Source: Tubiluchus corallicola
Lineage: Eukaryota; Animalia; Priapulida
Length of the DNA stretch: 64,000 nt
Direction: 5' to 3'
Assembly (NCBI GenBank): GCA_030141605.1
Contig: JAQGDQ010000081.1
Coordinates: forward strand, 186,001-250,000
Shown here: in pieces, positions 36,251-64,000 of the stretch
Numbering within the stretch: position 1 is the stretch's first letter
How the letters are laid out: each line of letters starts with the position of its first letter
Made by a program: the position numbers and the translations under genes
The notes under the pieces: model-generated
Databases searched by the model: none
What the model was told of the DNA's origin: nothing
The model's input: the letters and a program-made list of their open reading frames with translations, nothing else

Positions 36251-37752
36251 ATATGCATGCATAGCAGAGAGAAAAAATCAAAATTATTAAGGCTATTAGG
36301 TGATTGGGGTATCGACTTATAACTCGAAGTACAATTTCAGAAATAGTTGTGCAATAATATATATAAAAATGGCTTTATTACTATTTCTACAACAAAATTC
36401 ATGGTAAGTTTTCACTGTAAGTTGGGATTCAAGACTTTCAGCATAAACAATGTGAGATTTTACCATTCATATGTATGTATATATATATATACAGTTTGGT
36501 AGTTCAACTTGAGTGGAAAGTAGTAGTTTAAGATAGATTTTGTTATGTAGGCAATTCCAAGACGAGTTATATAGAGAAATAAGCTTGTTTTTGTAATTTG
36601 AGGCAAGATAATTAAGAGATTTGATTCTAATCCTGGGGAATAGAATTCCAAATTTGTGGGCCTTGATATTTGAGCGAACGTTGACCTTTGGTTGTATTGC
36701 ATCTTTTGACACTATAAGTGTTACTTGATGCAAAGCACATTTGGTAGTTATGCAAAGCTGAAGGTTCCTCAAGGTTTAAACCAAGTCTTAAACCAAGACT
36801 AGATGTCTTAAACCAAGTTTAGACATCAAGACTCTGCTTGAGCAACATTTTATGTGTCAAATTATAAGCAGCAATTATATTGTAATGAGCAGTTTTTCTG
36901 GTTAATGAAATTTTGTTGGTGAAACCTTTTGTAGGAATGAAACAGATTTTGATTGAGAATGTGTATAAACGGGAAAATGATATTTAATTTATTGTTAGCC
37001 AGAAAATATAGTGATGTCTTACAAATATGCTTTTTGTTAAATTGGTTTCTTTTCTCTGCTGAATAAATGCTTGAAACATTTTTCACATCTTTAACCCATT
37101 TACAGTGGAAAGCACCATGTCTCTTATGCTTAAATATTTGGAGCATAAAAAAGACATAAAAATCTGCGTAGCTGCTGCTATTTACATCTTTTATTTGCAT
37201 CACTGAATCACAACGTACTGCTAGACTAGTAAAATCATTGCATAAGGTGTGGTAAAATTTTCTAAAATTGGGCTGGAAAACTTATATACAAACTTTACAA
37301 ACATATTAAATAATAAGTATCTAGAGCAACATTTGGCATTTAAATATACAACAAATGACAGTGTGTACAAACAAGTTAAAACAATTCATAAAACAATTAA
37401 TGATTAGGCAATACAGCTAGTTCTTTGCATACAGAAAAAGTGAAGGCTATGTTGCATCACGACATTTCTCTGCTATAACGTATGCAAATGTGATCAATAG
37501 ATGTGCAATTATTTGATTCCCTTGGAGGAAGGAAACACTAATGAAAAGAAATAGTAAGGAAGAAATTATGTATGAAATATGCGCTGATAAATGATAGCGT
37601 AATGGGGAAAACTAGATTGATTCTAGAAAAGCTTTTTACTAAATCAATTGTAGTTTGCTCTATTAAATAAACTGTACAGCGTGTTACAATAATATGAAGC
37701 TAACTTTCTCAGTCATTAAACGATAAATATTTGGTGCAATTTGTGACGAACA

Positions 37753-38155
37753 GACATCCACATATAATGAGATCAAAATTTGGGCCGATGTTGAGGACCT
37801 GTCTACCTATCTTGCATTATAATGACATCATATTCCCCATCACCTATCTACCCCTCATACTAATATTGATATCACACGATGTAGCTTTTTGTATATTTTA
37901 TTCTTCCGCCTTCCAAGAACAGCAACAACATCACTTGTGTTAGTTAATGATAAACCATCAGTGGATTCTACTGGCATCGGCAGTGGAGATGCTGGCAGAC
38001 TGGCCGCCACAATTCACTGAATTCATTCAGAAAATGTGAAGTCAGATAACGATATCATGACTAAATCACCTACCTACCTTGCTTTATAGCACCGTTATCA
38101 CGTTTCATGCACCGTACCTACCCTAAAGTTGATATCGTTATAGGTGGATAACCCC
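37753..38155. mobile_element. MITE family A, copy 2
   Basis: Ends gacatccacatataatgagatcaaaattt / aaagttgatatcgttataggtggataacccc; body homologous to 18361-18781 in the same orientation. Confidence 0.88.
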
Positions 38156-39590
38156 TTATCACAAATACATATATACTTATTTGTTTACTTTATTTTACCA
38201 TTTTAGGATATCAACATTCTAATTTATCTATACAGGTATGTGTTTATAATGTATTAATTGGCATGAAGTATGAATTTATAACAAAAGCTAAGTATGTGTT
38301 CTCTTAAACTTACATTTGAGGAATCTCCAGTAATGACACATTAAGTAGAAATCGACAATGGCACCAACTGTGAACTGCGTGTATAACAAGTGCGACTTTT
38401 GCATGCACTGCAATTTGACAACTATTGTACTTAAACTTGTTAATTAATTTGGCAACAACTGCACTGAGTCAAATACCATGACCCTGAGCAAATGAGCAAA
38501 AAAGATACATGCAAGTCGCAATTCGTCAACATAAGTTATCTCAAGATTAAATGGAATGCTAGTGGTGATACACAAAGAAAGCCCAAACAAACATTAACAC
38601 AAATTGAAAAAGCACGACAGATTTTTATCAATAACAACTATAAACACACAGTCGTGCTAACACGTTTCACCTCAGCTTCACATAAGAGACTTTTCCTTGT
38701 GATGGAAAACAATTACATTTAATACTTGATATTTTTATATTTGGTACAGTTAACGGAATGGAAATTTTTGACATTTTCTGTAATCACTACTCAAAGCAAT
38801 ATGATCACTATATTCGAAGATACTACCGCAAAACAAACTTTAATCACAAGACCAGCCCAAACTTAACTTGATAAGTTAGAAAACAAACTTATTTTTTGGT
38901 GCTTTGCATTATATAACTAATACTGGTCCTAAAGGTTTGAATTGTTAATTGAATGCAGGTCAGATGGAGATAATATTTTGTTGAAATGTTCTTTAGATAA
39001 ATTATTCTATATTAGACAACATACAATGAATTTTTTAAACAGCTTTATACACATTTTGGGATACCTTAAAATACCTTCGTATTATAGTACATTCTGAAAT
39101 ACTGCAATGTCATAAATAAGCTATGCAACAGAAATGTGACAAGATAATAAGGCAAGCTCGAACAATACACTAAATGCAATAATAATAAGAATGACAATGT
39201 CACGTCATTCACAGTGTAAAATAAACTCTGTACAAAAAAGTAAGCACTTGTAAGCTCTGTTTTTCTAAAAATGTATGAACGTGGGTTGTGCTTGGCATGC
39301 CTTGATTTATTATTACTTTACTATTGTGCATATTTTCTGTTTATGATCAATGTATACTCAGTCTATCTGTAGTATATTTGAAATTATTCTTATGTTTACA
39401 AAATAACGTGGTTTCGAATAAAAAACTGTATCGGTAAAAGTAAGACTAAATCATATTAGCAAAGCTGTGTAATGAAATAACGATGGATATTATACAAACA
39501 ACACTTAAAACATTGTAGACAACATTAATTATACACCAAGGATAACTCACATTACAGCTAACTATATGATTATGCTGAATTTCTATAGTT

Positions 39591-63587
<23,997 letters not shown>

Positions 63588-64000
63588 CTACGATGAGTTA
63601 TGAAATTTGAAATTACTTGGATATAAAAAAGGAATAATATAAATTTCCTGAAGCAAGTGGTTTAAAGACCCATCTCTTATTAAAATGGAGCAGGTTCAAT
63701 TCCGCAATGCATCCTCCAACACAAGTCACAGTATAAAAAGAAAGCAATAATTATCTCGGACAATTTTACTTATTTGAATTAATCAATGCTACAGTGTTAA
63801 AAACATGTTAGCATCTTTGCCGATTTTATGCTAAAGAATGAAAAAAATTCCTTAAAATCCGGTGCACTGCAGTTTATATTATTATACAAGAAAATTAGCA
63901 ATACAGCAAACCAAATTAATAATAACCTTTAAAAGCTTATCACTAACTCACTCACTGACAAGCTTTTGTATGTTGCAAATGTTTGCTTCATTAATAACTT

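Overview
AT-rich, intron-rich genomic DNA from an invertebrate animal (the phylum cannot be fixed from sequence alone). Manual splicing with GT-AG and phase checks gives four protein-coding genes. (1) The 3' end of sorting nexin 29 (SNX29, PX domain; +, to 2863). (2) A Josephin deubiquitinase (JOSD1/2 family; +, 10315-12796, 371 aa) with an unusual ~185-aa basic tail rich in CDK consensus sites. (3) A complete 22-exon CACHD1/alpha2delta-like VWA + double-dCache type I membrane protein (+, 16106-35358, 1184 aa). (4) Most of RABGAP1/RABGAP1L (PTB-DUF3694-TBC-coiled coil; -, 63587-39591, 5' end outside the window). Introns and intergenic DNA hold many non-autonomous DNA transposons (including a nested insertion whose empty site is visible in a sister copy), a Buster/Charlie hAT transposase relic, a tRNA-derived SINE, 5S-like SINE fragments, LINE relics, two minisatellites and many microsatellites. 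Most ORFs in the supplied track are spurious or are exon fragments read into introns. I see no CRISPR array, rRNA or intact tRNA, and no clearly new multi-gene system. The best novelty leads are the CACHD1-like protein (intact MIDAS, two amino-acid-sensing dCache motifs, a two-PPxY tail, a 27-nt microexon and an internal donor that would yield a TM-less form) and the Josephin tail.
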